Below, piece by piece: positions 49,929-58,940 of a stretch of 64,000 bases of DNA (positions are counted from its first letter, which is position 1; each line of letters opens with the position of its first letter). The stretch is from assembly GCA_965140415.1 (NCBI GenBank), contig OZ223209.1, positions 3,456,001 through 3,520,000 of the forward strand, written 5' to 3'. A program made the translations under genes and the position numbers. The DNA is from Myxococcota bacterium (GTDB lineage Bacteria; Myxococcota_A; SURF-8). Under the pieces are notes generated by a model. The model did no database searches. It was not told the DNA's origin and saw nothing but the letters and a program-made list of their open reading frames with translations.

Positions 49929-50311
49929 CCGAAGAACTTTTAGACAACAGACCTCCCCTCGATGAAAGCATCCAGCGTCGCCAAAAACTGGAAATGGCCA
50001 GTGAAACGATCCAGAAACAATTGAAGACGATTCCAAAGCCGAAATTCGCTTTGATGCTGATTGCTTCCTTCGTTTCATTTGGAAGCCTAGCAGGCTTGCT
50101 TCTGGCTTCATACAGCCTGCTTAGCTCACTACAAGCAGGGACCGCTTTTCAAGGCGGCGGAATGCAGCGCTGGATGGGCTTGTTGTTTTTCCTGTTGCCT
50201 CTTCTACTCAGTTTGCGCTATGTCTATCGGCAGTTCGGTTTCCGACGAGCACGGCAGAACCTGCTTGCTGCAAACCGAAAGCTGAAGGAGTCTTTGAAAG
50301 AGCGCGGCTGA
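49925..50311 (+). CDS. Hypothetical 2-TM membrane protein
   Basis: ATGA overlap with upstream gene; two hydrophobic helices with helical charged flanks. Confidence 0.7.
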   Translation: MTEELLDNRPPLDESIQRRQKLEMASETIQKQLKTIPKPKFALMLIASFVSFGSLAGLLLASYSLLSSLQAGTAFQGGGMQRWMGLLFFLLPLLLSLRYVYRQFGFRRARQNLLAANRKLKESLKERG

Positions 50312-50433
50312 TTATCCGGCAATCTATATCTCTTTCCATCGTCGGATGAATAGTTTCATTCTCCAAGGCAGCAATGTTGCTGCAAATGCCGATGCTCCTT
50401 TCCCACTTTGCTGCTGTTGATCTGGAGGTACCT

Positions 50434-52563
50434 ATGACACCGAATCCCCTGCACGCGATCATGCATCCCAAATCTATCGTTGTTGCCGGAGCAAGTAATA
50501 ATTTCATGAAAATGGGTGCTATTCAGGCGCTGAATCTGCTGCATTGCGGTTTCACCGGCGAGATTCTTTTTCTACACCCAACGGAAAAAGAACTGATGGG
50601 ACACCCTACCTATGCCACACCGGACGATCTCCCTTACGCACCGGATCTAGCTTTTCTGGTCACTCCAACCGGCATCACTCCGAAACTGATTGAAGGTCTC
50701 GGGCGCAGGGGAGTCAAATACGCCGTGATCGTTACCGCCGGATTCCGGGAAGTCGGTGGGGATGGAATCGAATTGGAACATCATTTGATTGAAGCCGCCG
50801 ATAAGCATGGCCTACGCTTCATTGGTCCCAACTGCATTGGAATCGTGAATACTCATTTACCTTTGAATCTGACCGTATTTCCCTATATAGACAAGCCCGG
50901 TCATGTGGGTCTGATCAGCCAGAGCGGCACTTACGTTGCACAAAGCATTCCCTACCTTCAGAAACGCGGGATCAGATACAGCCAGGCCATCAGCGTGGGC
51001 AATGCCTCCAATATCGATATCGTAGATTGTCTGGAATATCTGGGTGAAGACCCGGAAACGAAAGCGATAGCTTTGTATATCGAAGGCATCAAGCGAGGAC
51101 GAGAATTTATTTCCGTTGCGCGTCGCGTCAGCCGGAGTAAACCTATTGTCGCACTGTACGTCGGCGGATCGGAAGCCGGGTCGCGTTCGGTTTCCTCTCA
51201 CACCGGCTCGATGGGAACCCCGGATGTCTTCTTCAACGGAGTATTGGAACAGGCGGGAATCATCCGCGCCAAATCGGTGGAAGACCTATTCAGTTGGACT
51301 CATGCGTTAGCCAGCATGCCGATTCCAAAAGGAAAACGCATGGCCATTCTGACCCACTCCGGCGGTCCTGCCAGTTCCATGGCCGACGCCTGTGAAAAGA
51401 ACGGTCTGAGTCTGCCTGAATTCAGCCAGCAGTTGCAGCAACGTATCAAACCAATGATCGAACCGACAGCCTCCGCCAAAAATCCGATCGACTTGACCTT
51501 CACAATGGACCACGAAGCTCTAGTCAACAAAATTCCTGAGATCCTTTTTGAAAGTGACGAAGTCGATGGCGTTCTGGTTCATGGAATCATGGACACCGGC
51601 TTCATTAAAGCCGGATTCAAATTTCTGGAAAAACTGCTTCCCATCTCGCTATCGGATTTGGAAAAAAGCATGGAATTCGACCTGTCCAAACTGGTCGCCC
51701 TCCCCCATCAGTCCGGCAAACCGATGACCGCCTCGACTTTCTTACGAGATGACCACGCCGCACAAACCTTTGTCGATCACGACATCCCGTTGTTTGCCGC
51801 GCCAGATCATGCCGTACATGCCATGGCGGCACTATCCAAATATGCCGATATCCACACCAACATGAGCAAGACTCCGGATTTCGATGTTCACTATCCAAAA
51901 CCGTCAACTCCCTTGCCACACACAGGTCGAACTCAACTTGACGAATACGATGCTAAAAAGCTGCTGGCAGAGTATGGGGTTCTATGCTCACAAGAAGAAC
52001 GTGTCACCGAGCTTTCAGAAGCATGTGAAGCCGCTAAACGCATCGGTTATCCGGTTGTGTTAAAAGGTCTGCCTAGCAATGTCGCTCATAAAAGCGAAGC
52101 AGGACTGGTTCACCTCGCGCTGTCGGATGAAAAATCGCTGCACAAGGCATGGATGAAAATAGAAGATAGCGCACCGGGTTGTCCCCGATTGGTAGCGCAG
52201 ATGCTTTCCGGAGAACGCGAACTGGTCATCGGTATGACGCGCTTCGATGCCTTCGGACCTGCCGTCATGTTGGGAATCGGCGGTATTTTCACAGAAGCAA
52301 TTTCAGACGCCACTTTCCGCGTTGCTCCAGTTACGAAATTCGAAGCTAAACAAATGCCTAATTCTTTGAAACTAAACGCGCTTTTCGATTCCCTGCGCGG
52401 TCTTCCCGAAGTGAATCGAGATCTGCTGGCCAACTCCATCCAAGCGGTGGCAACACTTGCCCTGGAGCACCCGGAGATCTCGGAGATCGATATCAATCCT
52501 TTACTCGTTGTTAATGGACGACCAATCGCAGTAGATGCCCTGATTGTTCTGGAAAACCATTAA
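50434..52563 (+). CDS. ADP-forming acetate/acyl-CoA ligase family protein (fused alpha-beta)
   Basis: GAS, GPNCIG, SQSG, SHTGS (phospho-His), NPIDLT, HKSEAG and DINPL motifs; ATG at 50434 after GGAGG. Confidence 0.92.
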   Translation: MTPNPLHAIMHPKSIVVAGASNNFMKMGAIQALNLLHCGFTGEILFLHPTEKELMGHPTYATPDDLPYAPDLAFLVTPTGITPKLIEGLGRRGVKYAVIVTAGFREVGGDGIELEHHLIEAADKHGLRFIGPNCIGIVNTHLPLNLTVFPYIDKPGHVGLISQSGTYVAQSIPYLQKRGIRYSQAISVGNASNIDIVDCLEYLGEDPETKAIALYIEGIKRGREFISVARRVSRSKPIVALYVGGSEAGSRSVSSHTGSMGTPDVFFNGVLEQAGIIRAKSVEDLFSWTHALASMPIPKGKRMAILTHSGGPASSMADACEKNGLSLPEFSQQLQQRIKPMIEPTASAKNPIDLTFTMDHEALVNKIPEILFESDEVDGVLVHGIMDTGFIKAGFKFLEKLLPISLSDLEKSMEFDLSKLVALPHQSGKPMTASTFLRDDHAAQTFVDHDIPLFAAPDHAVHAMAALSKYADIHTNMSKTPDFDVHYPKPSTPLPHTGRTQLDEYDAKKLLAEYGVLCSQEERVTELSEACEAAKRIGYPVVLKGLPSNVAHKSEAGLVHLALSDEKSLHKAWMKIEDSAPGCPRLVAQMLSGERELVIGMTRFDAFGPAVMLGIGGIFTEAISDATFRVAPVTKFEAKQMPNSLKLNALFDSLRGLPEVNRDLLANSIQAVATLALEHPEISEIDINPLLVVNGRPIAVDALIVLENH

Positions 52564-52583
52564 AACAACCCTAAAACTATAAT

Positions 52584-52605
52584 AAAATGAAGCGTCATTC
52601 ATTTT
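52584..52605. promoter_or_regulatory. Palindromic operator, TetR-type fatty-acid-regulator-like
   Basis: AAAATGAA-GCGTCA-TTCATTTT immediately before TTGCAT-N16-TATACT. Confidence 0.5.
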
Positions 52606-52756
52606 TTTATTGCATGTGCGTCAAGCCGGGTTATACTTGCACGGTCGTAGAAACCTACGGTCGAGTTGTGACCACTTTTTCAGCCCAACCGTAGAACAGG
52701 CTGGTTCGAGACGGATCCGTCTTTTTACATTCTGACCCTTTAAAAAGGAGTTCCTC

Positions 52757-54598
52757 ATGTATCGTATTGACGAGAGAGACCATCGATTCTGTTTGTACGA
52801 ATATCTGAATCTGGACGAGATTCTCAAGCTCCCGGCCTATCAGGATCTTGATAACGAAACGATCGGTATTCTGCTGGAGAACGCGTACAAAGTTTCCAAA
52901 GACGTCATCGCTCCCCTTAATGCTCCCGGCGACAGGCAGGGCTGCACTCTGAACGCGGACGGCAGCGTCACCATCCCCGACGGCTATAAAGAAGCCTATG
53001 ATGCCTATTGCAACGACGGCTGGCTGGGCCTGACGGTCGATCCCGAATTCGGCGGCACCGGCGCTCCCCAACTGGTCGGCATGGCCGCCAGCGAAGCCTT
53101 CTGTGGCGCTTCCATCGCCTTTGCGATGTACCCGGGTCTGACTCACGGCGCGCTTGCCCTGATCATGGACGAAGGCAGCGACGAACAGAAGGCCATGTAC
53201 GTTGAGAAAATGACCATGGGTCAATGGGGCGGCACGATGTGTCTGACCGAAGCCAGTGCGGGTTCCGCAGTTGGCGATCTGAAAACCACCGCCACCAAGA
53301 TCCGCGACGGTTACTATAAAATTTCCGGCCAGAAGATCTTCATCTCCTCCGGTGAGCATCCCATGGCGGAAAACAATGTGCACCTGGTGCTGGCCCACAC
53401 CCCCGATGGCCCCAAGGGCATCAAAGGTCTGTCACTGTTCATCGTTCCGAAATTCCGCGTTAACGAAGACGGCAGCCTGGGCGAATTCAACGATGTCACC
53501 TGTGTCGGCATCGAGCACAAAATGGGTATCAAAGGCAGCGCTACGGCGACCTTGGCCTTTGGTGAAAACGATAACTGCGAAGGCTGGATCATCGGCAACG
53601 AAGGCGACGGCATCAAAATCATGTTCCACATGATGAACGAAGCCCGCCTGGGTGTTGGCCTGCAAGGTCTCGGCGCAGCCGGAGCCTCTTACCTGGAAGC
53701 TCTGGATTACGCCAAAGAGCGCATTCAGGGTGTTGACGCTCGCAATATGAAGGATCCGGATGCTCCGCGCGTCGCGATCATCGAGCATCCCGACGTTCGC
53801 CGTATGCTCATCACTATGCGCGCCTACACCTACGGCTTGCGTGCTCTGATGCTGAAAACCGCACAATACGCCGACTTTGCTCTTAAGGGCGAAGGCGAAG
53901 TTCAGGAAAAATCCCAGGGTATGCTGGAACTGCTGACCCCGATCTGCAAAGGCTACGGCACCGACGTGGCGTTCGATGTTACCCGTCTTGCCATCCAGAC
54001 CTTCGGCGGTTACGGATACTGTAGTGAGTATCCGGTGGAACAGTACATGCGCGACGCCAAGATCCTGAGCATCTACGAAGGCACCAACGGCATCCAGGCC
54101 ATGGACCTCGTAGGCCGCAAAATGGGTATGAAGCGTGGTGCAGTCTTTATGAATTACGTGGCCGAACTGCAAGGTGCCCTGGCGAAGATGAAAGAATGCC
54201 CGGCGACCGCAGGCATCACCGCCGAATTCGAGCAATCCCTGACCGACTTGCAGACCCTGGCCATGACCTTCATGGGCAAAGGCATGGAAGGCAAGATGAT
54301 CGACGTGCTGCTGTCGGCCACTCCGTTCCTGCGCTTCATGGGTAACCTGGCCCTGTCCTGGTTGCTGGGCGAGCAGGCTGTTGTCGCCAGTGGCAAACTG
54401 GAAGCGATCTTCGAAGCCAAAGGCGCCACTGATGATGACGCCAAGAAGGCTCTCATTCAAGATAACGAAGAAGCGGCGTTCTATGATTCCAAAATCAAAG
54501 TTGCCACGTTCTTCAACACCAACCTGCTGCCGGAAAACCGCAGCCTGAGCCAAGCCATGCTGGCATTCGACTTCACCGCGATGGACATCGTGTTCTAA
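52757..54598 (+). CDS. Acyl-CoA dehydrogenase (long ~600 aa FadE5-like type)
   Basis: TMCLTE, KIFISSG, EHKMGIKGS, MMNEARL, GGYGY and IYEGTNGIQAMDL motifs. Confidence 0.96.
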   Translation: MYRIDERDHRFCLYEYLNLDEILKLPAYQDLDNETIGILLENAYKVSKDVIAPLNAPGDRQGCTLNADGSVTIPDGYKEAYDAYCNDGWLGLTVDPEFGGTGAPQLVGMAASEAFCGASIAFAMYPGLTHGALALIMDEGSDEQKAMYVEKMTMGQWGGTMCLTEASAGSAVGDLKTTATKIRDGYYKISGQKIFISSGEHPMAENNVHLVLAHTPDGPKGIKGLSLFIVPKFRVNEDGSLGEFNDVTCVGIEHKMGIKGSATATLAFGENDNCEGWIIGNEGDGIKIMFHMMNEARLGVGLQGLGAAGASYLEALDYAKERIQGVDARNMKDPDAPRVAIIEHPDVRRMLITMRAYTYGLRALMLKTAQYADFALKGEGEVQEKSQGMLELLTPICKGYGTDVAFDVTRLAIQTFGGYGYCSEYPVEQYMRDAKILSIYEGTNGIQAMDLVGRKMGMKRGAVFMNYVAELQGALAKMKECPATAGITAEFEQSLTDLQTLAMTFMGKGMEGKMIDVLLSATPFLRFMGNLALSWLLGEQAVVASGKLEAIFEAKGATDDDAKKALIQDNEEAAFYDSKIKVATFFNTNLLPENRSLSQAMLAFDFTAMDIVF

Positions 54599-54620
54599 GT
54601 TTCGCACCTACGTGTAGCTC

Positions 54621-54657
54621 AAACGGTCGGCGCATCTGCGTCGACCGTTTTTCTTTA
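54621..54657 (+). terminator. Intrinsic terminator
   Basis: AAACGGTCGGCGCA...TGCGTCGACCGTTT followed by a T-tract. Confidence 0.88.
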
Positions 54658-54706
54658 TGGGAATCTATTAGATATCAATATGTTACGTGATATCGCATTC
54701 CCGATC

Positions 54707-54735
54707 TTGACCCCGATTGCTATATTTAGTATAAT
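54707..54735 (+). promoter_or_regulatory. Near-consensus sigma70 promoter
   Basis: TTGACC-N17-TATAAT. Confidence 0.7.
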
Positions 54736-54782
54736 AATTGCAGATTCGGTTCCGATACAATTTTCACTATTTAGGAATACCA

Positions 54783-55343
54783 TTGGAATCTTTCCACGAT
54801 TTTCTAAAAAGAATCAAGCTGTTCGCGGATTTAAGCGAACAGGAAATCGACGAGATCCTGCGTCTGACCAACCGTATGCGTATCAAAGCTGGAACTCTAA
54901 TCTGTCAAGAAGGGGATTTCGGACAATCGATGTACGTCATTCGCGAAGGTGTTGTTCGAGTGGAACGTCAATCCGCCTCCAAAACACCACTGAAACTCGC
55001 CCGTATGAGCGAAGGGATGGTGATAGGAGAAATGGCGCTGGTGGATGACCAACCCAGGTCGGCCACCCTGGTTGCGGAAACGGATTGCATTTTATATGAA
55101 ATCCAACGTATCGATTTCGAAGACTTCAAAGCGGAGCAACACCCGGCGGCATATAAATTGCTGCGGGCCATTGCTTTCGATTGCTGCGAACGATTACGTT
55201 CCGTAAACCAGCAGATAAAGACCTATACCGAAAACCCAAAAGCTCTTTTCGAACCGGATGTAACGCTTGGACTTCGCGCGGAGGAAATAACTTTGACCAA
55301 ACGTTTGAAAGGTTTTCTGCGACTTTTCGGTGCAACGGATTAG
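54783..55343 (+). CDS. Cyclic-nucleotide-binding domain protein (no HTH)
   Basis: ICQEGD..SMYVI.EG and GEMALVD..PRSAT motifs; TTG start at 54783 chosen because 54738 lies upstream of the predicted transcription start. Confidence 0.88.
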   Translation: MESFHDFLKRIKLFADLSEQEIDEILRLTNRMRIKAGTLICQEGDFGQSMYVIREGVVRVERQSASKTPLKLARMSEGMVIGEMALVDDQPRSATLVAETDCILYEIQRIDFEDFKAEQHPAAYKLLRAIAFDCCERLRSVNQQIKTYTENPKALFEPDVTLGLRAEEITLTKRLKGFLRLFGATD

Positions 55344-55351
55344 GAGACGGC

Positions 55352-56152
55352 GTGGTCAACGAACGCAACTTACGACATCGAGACTTCCTGCGAACCTTCG
55401 CAATTTTCAAGGATTTTCATCCGAATGACTTATTGCTGCTCTCCAATCATCTCATTGAGCAACGCTACGAGGCAAATCAAGTCGTCTTCCGCGAAGGCGA
55501 TCCAGGCGAAGGCTGTTTCTTCATCGTATTCGGTAGTATTGCGGTAGTGAAACCTTTACCCAATCAAAAAGTGGAAATCTTAGCTACGTTAAAATCAGGG
55601 CAGATGTTCGGACAAGTATCCTTGATCGACGGTCGCCCTCGCTCGGCGACCTGTGTTGCCTCGTCTCGCTCTCTTTTACTGGAACTTCCCAAAGCGCGTT
55701 TCGATGAAATGTTCGAACTTAAAGAGAGTTTCGCGTTCCGTTTCCAGGACTATCTGACCAGGGTAATGGTAAAACAGCTCCGCCAAGCCAATGAGAAATT
55801 GTCGAAACTGGTAAAATTCGCACAGCAGCCCTCCGTGGATGCCGCGCCGGAACAGGATGCGCTTGAAATCTACGATCAATTTAAAGAGGCCATGCGTTCC
55901 GCCGATGAAATGGGAATCGATCTGGATGAAGTTTCTTATGATATTCCTGTCGGTCAACAACGAGATCCGGCCCGAAAGCAGATGCAGCAGGAACGGGAAC
56001 GAGCAGCCCAAAAGATTCAACAAAGCCCCACACCTAGAACCCCTTCAAAACGCAAAACAGCCACCATCGATCTCGACTCCCTAGACCGACCGAGCTTTAA
56101 CCACCAGTTCAATGATGATGGTTCCTATTCCGTTACACGTAATTCCCGATAG
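55352..56152 (+). CDS. Cyclic-nucleotide-binding domain protein with helical/disordered tail
   Basis: FREGD.G..CFFI and FGQVSLIDG.PRSAT motifs; GTG at 55352 after AGGAG. Confidence 0.88.
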   Translation: MVNERNLRHRDFLRTFAIFKDFHPNDLLLLSNHLIEQRYEANQVVFREGDPGEGCFFIVFGSIAVVKPLPNQKVEILATLKSGQMFGQVSLIDGRPRSATCVASSRSLLLELPKARFDEMFELKESFAFRFQDYLTRVMVKQLRQANEKLSKLVKFAQQPSVDAAPEQDALEIYDQFKEAMRSADEMGIDLDEVSYDIPVGQQRDPARKQMQQERERAAQKIQQSPTPRTPSKRKTATIDLDSLDRPSFNHQFNDDGSYSVTRNSR

Positions 56153-56345
56153 AACGACCTCGCCGGCTTTTATTCTCTATGCAGACCATTTCAGCTTCCG
56201 CTAAAATCTCACACTTCGTAACTTTGCATCCACCTTTACAAATCTAATTTCATTCTTACTTGACAAAATGACTCCGCTACACCAGACTAGACACGCCGTT
56301 CTAGTTTTCACACTCCCTAGTAGTGGAGTAGCAAGGAGGAATTGA

Positions 56346-57365
56346 ATGACAGTCGCCATCACCGGCGCATCCGGTCACATCGGTTGTACACTTACACGCT
56401 TTCTGATCAAACAGAATATTCCCGTTCGAGCCCTGGTTTACAACGATGATCAAGCATTACAGGATTTGAGCATCGAATTGGCTAAAGGAGATGTCTTAGA
56501 CCTTGAAAGTCTTTATAGCGCATTCGAAGGCGTTGACACCGTTTATCATCTGGCTGCGGAAATCCAGTTAAAACGACGCCATACAGAGCACATGCAGCAA
56601 GTCAACGTGGAAGGTACGGCCAATGTATTAAAAGCCTGCAAAGCCTGTGGAGTGCGAAGACTCGTACATGTCAGTTCGGTCCACGCTCATGACATGTACC
56701 CGTTGAGCGAAATCATGGATGAAACACGCCCACTGGTTACTGATCCCGACGCCCTGCATTACGACCTGAGCAAATCGAAAGCACAACAACTGGTGATCGA
56801 TGCCATTAAGGAAGGATTTGATGCTGTTATCGTGAATCCTTCCGGGGCTATCGGACCATACGACTTCAAACCCAGCGCAACAGGAAAAATGCTGATTGAT
56901 TTCTACAAAGGAGCCGTTCCTGCTGTTGTTCAGGGAGGTTTTGATTGGGTGGACGTTCGTGATGTCGCTCACGGCATCATGCTTGCCGCCGAAAAGGGGC
57001 GCAGCGGAGAAAGCTATTTTCTTTCCGGGGAATGGCTTTCGATTGCAGAACTCTCTAAATTGATTGGAGAAGTTCTACAATTACCCACGCCTAAGTTTGT
57101 TTGTCCGATGTGGTTGGCACGAGCAACAGCCCCGTTTGCGGAAGCTTTTGCCACGCTGTTTAATAAAGAACCTCTTTACACCAGCGAGTATCTAGAGATC
57201 GTTCGCCTTAACCCACGCATCAGCCATCAAAAAGCGATGGATGAACTCGGTTATTCCGTTCGTCCGCTTCGTCAGACACTGGAAGACAGTTACAACTGGC
57301 TGATGGAAGCCGGTCTGCTAGATCCTAACGCCGCGATGAATGCCCTGCCCGATATGAACAGCTGA
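56346..57365 (+). CDS. NAD-dependent epimerase/dehydratase (extended SDR, dihydroflavonol-reductase/HpnA-like)
   Basis: TGASGHIG, HLAA, NVEGT, Y..SK and VDVRDVA motifs. Confidence 0.92.
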   Translation: MTVAITGASGHIGCTLTRFLIKQNIPVRALVYNDDQALQDLSIELAKGDVLDLESLYSAFEGVDTVYHLAAEIQLKRRHTEHMQQVNVEGTANVLKACKACGVRRLVHVSSVHAHDMYPLSEIMDETRPLVTDPDALHYDLSKSKAQQLVIDAIKEGFDAVIVNPSGAIGPYDFKPSATGKMLIDFYKGAVPAVVQGGFDWVDVRDVAHGIMLAAEKGRSGESYFLSGEWLSIAELSKLIGEVLQLPTPKFVCPMWLARATAPFAEAFATLFNKEPLYTSEYLEIVRLNPRISHQKAMDELGYSVRPLRQTLEDSYNWLMEAGLLDPNAAMNALPDMNS

Positions 57366-57371
57366 AACTTA

Positions 57372-58940
57372 TCAACTCCGCCTGTTTTTAGGCGGAGTTT
57401 TTTCAATCACTTCATACTGTTCAATGTGGAAATAGTTGATCGAGCGCAAGCTGATCTTCTTGTTTAAGGCATATTCCAAATTGGAGACCATCAAGGCTTC
57501 TTCATCCACCAGCATATCGTAAATTTCAGGGTGGCAATTAACCGTAATCACCGGACCTTTGATACTGTTTACACTACGCTTGATCTCTCTGAAAATCTCG
57601 TAACAGATTGTCGTTTTGCTTTTCAGATAGCCTTTACCATCGCAATAGAAGCAGGGTTCACACAAGGTACGCCCCAGACTTTCACGAATCCGCTTGCGCG
57701 TCATCTCGACCAGACCGAATTCAGAAATTTTCAGGATATTGGTTTTTGCCTTGTCCTGCTCCAGCGCCTCATTCATCGACTGATAGACCTTTTCCCGGTC
57801 CGATTCGCGCTCCATATCGATGAAATCGATAATGATGATACCACCAAGGTTGCGCAATCGAAGCTGATAAACAATCTCCCGAATTGCCTCCATGTTGGTC
57901 TTTACAATGGTGTCTTCCAGGTTTCGTTTTCCAACATAGCGCCCGGTATTGACATCAATGGCGGTCAGAGCTTCGGCCTGGTCGATAATCAGGTACCCAC
58001 CAGACTTCAGCCAGATTTTGCGCCCCAAGGCCCGGTTGATGTCCATTTCGATGCCATAGTGATCGAAAATCGGGTCCGGCCCGCTGTAATATTCGACATG
58101 ACTCTTGAACTTGGGCATGGTCGTTTTAATGAAACTCCGCACGGCCTCATACTCATCCTTGTTGTCAATAACAAGGGATTCCACGTCGCTGGTGAACAGA
58201 TCGCGAGCCGCACGGTAAATCATGTTCAAATCATTGTGCATCAACTCCGGCGCACTGGCTCTTTCTGCTTTTTTCTGAACCTGGTGCCACAAATTCATAA
58301 GCAGCGTCATATCCGCTCGCAACTTCTTTTCGTTCACACCTTCCGCAACGGTGCGCACGATAAAGCCGCTTCCAGCCTCCCGAATCTTCCCCACCAGTTC
58401 CTTAAGTCTGCTTCGTTCGGCTTCCTCGGCGATGCGCCTGGAAATTCCGACATGATCGATATGCGGCATGTAAACCAGGTATCGACCCGGCAACGAGATA
58501 TGAGTCGTGATCCGGCAGCCTTTGGTTCCGATCGGATCTTTGGCTACCTGAACCAATAGCTCCTGGCCTTCTTTGAGCAATTCCTCAATTGGCAGATGAC
58601 GCCCAGAACCGTGTGCATCGTGGCGAGCATCGGAACCATTTCCCTGCTTGTCATCGTCATCGGAATCGTCATCAATGTCGCGATCTTCTTCGTAATTAGG
58701 TAAATCCTGACCGGGAATGTAAATATCCGAGACATACAAAAAGGCCGCTTTATCCAAACCGACATCAACAAACGCCGCCTGCATCCCCGGCAGCACTCGG
58801 ATAACCTTTCCCTTGTAAATATTACCTACATATCCGCTTTCATTCTTTCGTTCGATAAATAGCTCAACGGTTGCCCCGTTCTCAACCAGTGCCACCCGGT
58901 TCTCGAATGGAGTGGCGTTGACGATTAGCTTTTGGGCCAT
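57372..58940 (-). CDS. rng: Ribonuclease G (Rne/Rng family)
   Basis: GNIYKGKV.RVLPGMQAAFVD, IDVNTG, LRLRNLGGIIIIDFIDM, EMTRKR and CxxC motifs; ATG at 58940. Confidence 0.95.
   Translation of the reverse strand: MAQKLIVNATPFENRVALVENGATVELFIERKNESGYVGNIYKGKVIRVLPGMQAAFVDVGLDKAAFLYVSDIYIPGQDLPNYEEDRDIDDDSDDDDKQGNGSDARHDAHGSGRHLPIEELLKEGQELLVQVAKDPIGTKGCRITTHISLPGRYLVYMPHIDHVGISRRIAEEAERSRLKELVGKIREAGSGFIVRTVAEGVNEKKLRADMTLLMNLWHQVQKKAERASAPELMHNDLNMIYRAARDLFTSDVESLVIDNKDEYEAVRSFIKTTMPKFKSHVEYYSGPDPIFDHYGIEMDINRALGRKIWLKSGGYLIIDQAEALTAIDVNTGRYVGKRNLEDTIVKTNMEAIREIVYQLRLRNLGGIIIIDFIDMERESDREKVYQSMNEALEQDKAKTNILKISEFGLVEMTRKRIRESLGRTLCEPCFYCDGKGYLKSKTTICYEIFREIKRSVNSIKGPVITVNCHPEIYDMLVDEEALMVSNLEYALNKKISLRSINYFHIEQYEVIEKTPPKNRRS

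Noticed and set aside
53432-54607. 391-aa antisense ORF, and similar long shadows at 21465-22610, 57531-58559, 61993-62940 and 19590-20441
   Set aside because: They lie opposite well-supported genes, have no recognisable motifs, and are expected from codon bias
55181-55351. N-terminal extension of the second cNMP ORF suggesting a frameshifted fusion
   Set aside because: A good RBS and GTG at 55352 follow the first gene's stop directly; no slippery site is evident
37584-57365. Hopanoid pathway (HpnP/HpnJ/HpnH/HpnA) interpretation
   Set aside because: No squalene-hopene cyclase or hpnCDE genes; the aminotransferase is DegT-type rather than HpnO-type; the SDR is far from the radical SAM genes
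58610-58700. Acidic Asp-rich insert in the RNase G S1 domain
   Set aside because: Variable acidic insertions at this position are common in Rne/Rng proteins
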